Source: Mytilus edulis (lineage: Eukaryota). Taken from it: DNA of 64,000 nt. Below the pieces are notes generated by a model. The model saw only the letters and a list, made by a program, of their open reading frames with translations. It ran no database searches and was not told the origin of the DNA. The stretch covers positions 72,106,001-72,170,000 of the forward strand of contig NC_092350.1 of assembly GCF_963676685.1 (NCBI RefSeq), in the 5' to 3' direction. Both the position numbers and the translations under genes were made by a program. Below, piece after piece: positions 62,146 through 64,000 of the stretch. How positions within the stretch are numbered: the stretch's first letter is position 1; each line of letters begins with the position of its first letter.

Positions 62146-62435
62146 AGACTATTTTTGAAGATCTTCGATATAATTCTTGTTGACACTGGAATCAAAATTT
62201 GGTTGACCTCATTCCAACAGATGTGTGTTTGTGATATGACAACGAAAAATCACTAACAAAAAATCACATACATACTCCTTTGAATTTTTACAGAAAAGAA
62301 CTGCAGACACAAGTAATAATTTCTTTAATCTCTGAAGAATTGCAGGATTTTTTTTAAAACGGATTGGAACGTTATTCCTTTTTACAAGAAACGTAAATAA
62401 TTAAGTCATTTAACAAAACAAGGCAAGAGTCTAGT

Positions 62436-64000
62436 TTATGAATAGTTGACGCTGTACAGAAATGCTCGACCATCTTTGTCGTTAGAAACAAGCAAATATT
62501 TGAATTTGTTGTTGAAGGAAACTGCCCAAGGTGAACCACATAAGTCTGTTTTCGACAGGAGAATTTTGTGCTTTGTGCCATCAGAGGATATTGCAATTAC
62601 GTTGTTTGATTCGACCCCGGCGACTATAACATTTCCAAGGTCATCTACTGTGATGCCTCTCGGTTTTTGTAGAATCTCTTCGTCTGTAAATGTCCACAAT
62701 ACTTCCCCGTTTCTTTTATGACACACAACCGTATTCGTATCTTTCTTTACAGAATAAAGAGTGTTGTTTAATTCGGTAATACTTCTTGACACCACCGTAC
62801 TGCTAATATTATTTGTTTTGTTATCCTCTAACCGGACTTCTTTCATTTGTCCGTTCTCGAGGCAGACTATAAAGGTACCTTCAGTGTAAGTTAAGCAGAT
62901 AGCAGGGTCAGACGTACTGATAGTCTTGATTGTTTTCCCAGATTTCAGGCTAATTAATTCAATATTTTTCTGTGTATATGATATTACGGCAACAGTGTCA
63001 TTATCAACACATGTAACATCAATGATTGTTTGCATGATGCTGATAATTTTATTCTCTGTTTTTCCATCAGTTGCGATCAATATCAAATACGAAGGGTCAT
63101 AATTTGACACTACCAAGTTTCCATTTGGCAAAATACAACAGCCTGACACATTGAAGGCATTAGTGCTCATTTTTGCTTTTAAATTCAGTGTCATATGCTC
63201 TAAAGAACTTTTAGATTTTCCATTCACTTTTATCATTTGAGCCTGACCAAGCATTCGTCTTTTTAATGCTAATTTACTAGGCATGGCATGCACGACAACT
63301 TTTCCAAACTTAGTTCTTTCGTTGATTATATCATGTAATAAAGTGTCCAAGTGGAAAGAAACTACGGTTTGAGACAAATGGTTACCGTCAATCCAAGACT
63401 GCAAGTCGTTACTTGTTTTATTTAGTTTGGTTTCTAAATTCGTCATCCCTAAAAATGTTTGCTTATCTGTTGCATTTTTCTTGATGCTTTCTACATCTTC
63501 TATCCATTCCTCGATATCCCTTTGCTTCTTAGTCAAGTCCATAATGAAGCTTTGTATTTATTTAGTTGAATTTTCTACAGCTTTGGTCAGTTCAGCAACA
63601 AAATGGTCTTGTAATTTATCTAGATGGTGATTTAACTGCTGTCGAGTCACAGAAATCTCGGATTCGATTCTCTCTATTGAAGCTGATATTGAATACATAT
63701 TCATTCGTCTGTCTTCCAGAATAAGAGCAACGTTACCCTTCATTTCCTGAAGTGAGGACATGATTTCTGTAAAAGCTACAGATGTTTTAACATTTTTAAC
63801 GACATCTTCAAGGGGGGATATTTCTTTGCATTTTCTGTGCTTATCTGAAATGACACATTTTTTACAAGCACATTCGTTATGCTCTTTACAAAACAATAAA
63901 TATTTCTCCTCGTGCTCATGGCAGTGCAATTTTATGTTTTCAATAAAAGCTGGCAACGTTTCATATTTACCAATAGGAAAAACAGTGTGGTTTCGTGAGG
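62436..64000 (-). pseudogene. TRIM-like copy 7 (5' end outside window) with a nonsense codon in the coiled coil
   Basis: CAA>TAA at 63560-63558 (ENSTK*IQS); retains TCA at the codon that is a stop in copy 1. Confidence 0.9.

Larger units (their letters stand above)
56085..64000 (+). repeat. Segmental duplication, copy 2 (paralog of 1-7522)
   Basis: Colinear with 1-7522 apart from private indels. Confidence 0.97.

Noticed and set aside
5968-63630. Recurrent short ORFs overlapping TRIM CDSs (e.g. 5968-6243, 6949-7152, 34756-35052, 47945-48259, 62446-62721)
   Set aside because: Antisense or alternate-frame shadows that recur only because the TRIM genes are paralogous; no independent motifs.

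Overview
AT-rich eukaryotic DNA; the repeat families and gene content suggest a bivalve, probably Mytilus-like (inference). The window is a tandem cluster of seven minus-strand, RING-less TRIM-like genes (two B-boxes, coiled coil, NHL-type beta-propeller). Each has one coding exon, entered by an AG acceptor 3 nt before the ATG in the six copies whose start is in the window. Three copies are intact, one lacks its last strand and three carry nonsense or frameshift lesions. A conserved GATA/E-box/CRE/ETS module with a splice donor lies 1.5-2 kb upstream of four copies and is triplicated upstream of copy 4. Between copies 2 and 3 are seven spliceable exons, largely missed by the ORF track. They encode the 3' end of a thrombospondin-superfamily protein in which TSP_C is followed by a LamG-like domain, with two stops in the first exon. 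Both window ends are one segmental duplication (1-7522 vs 56085-64000) containing a decayed BEL/Pao LTR retrotransposon. The rest is Penelope-like RT fragments, repeats carrying minimal type I hammerhead ribozymes, MITEs, Helentron-like (HINE) elements and LINE fragments. All calls come from manual reading; no searches were run.
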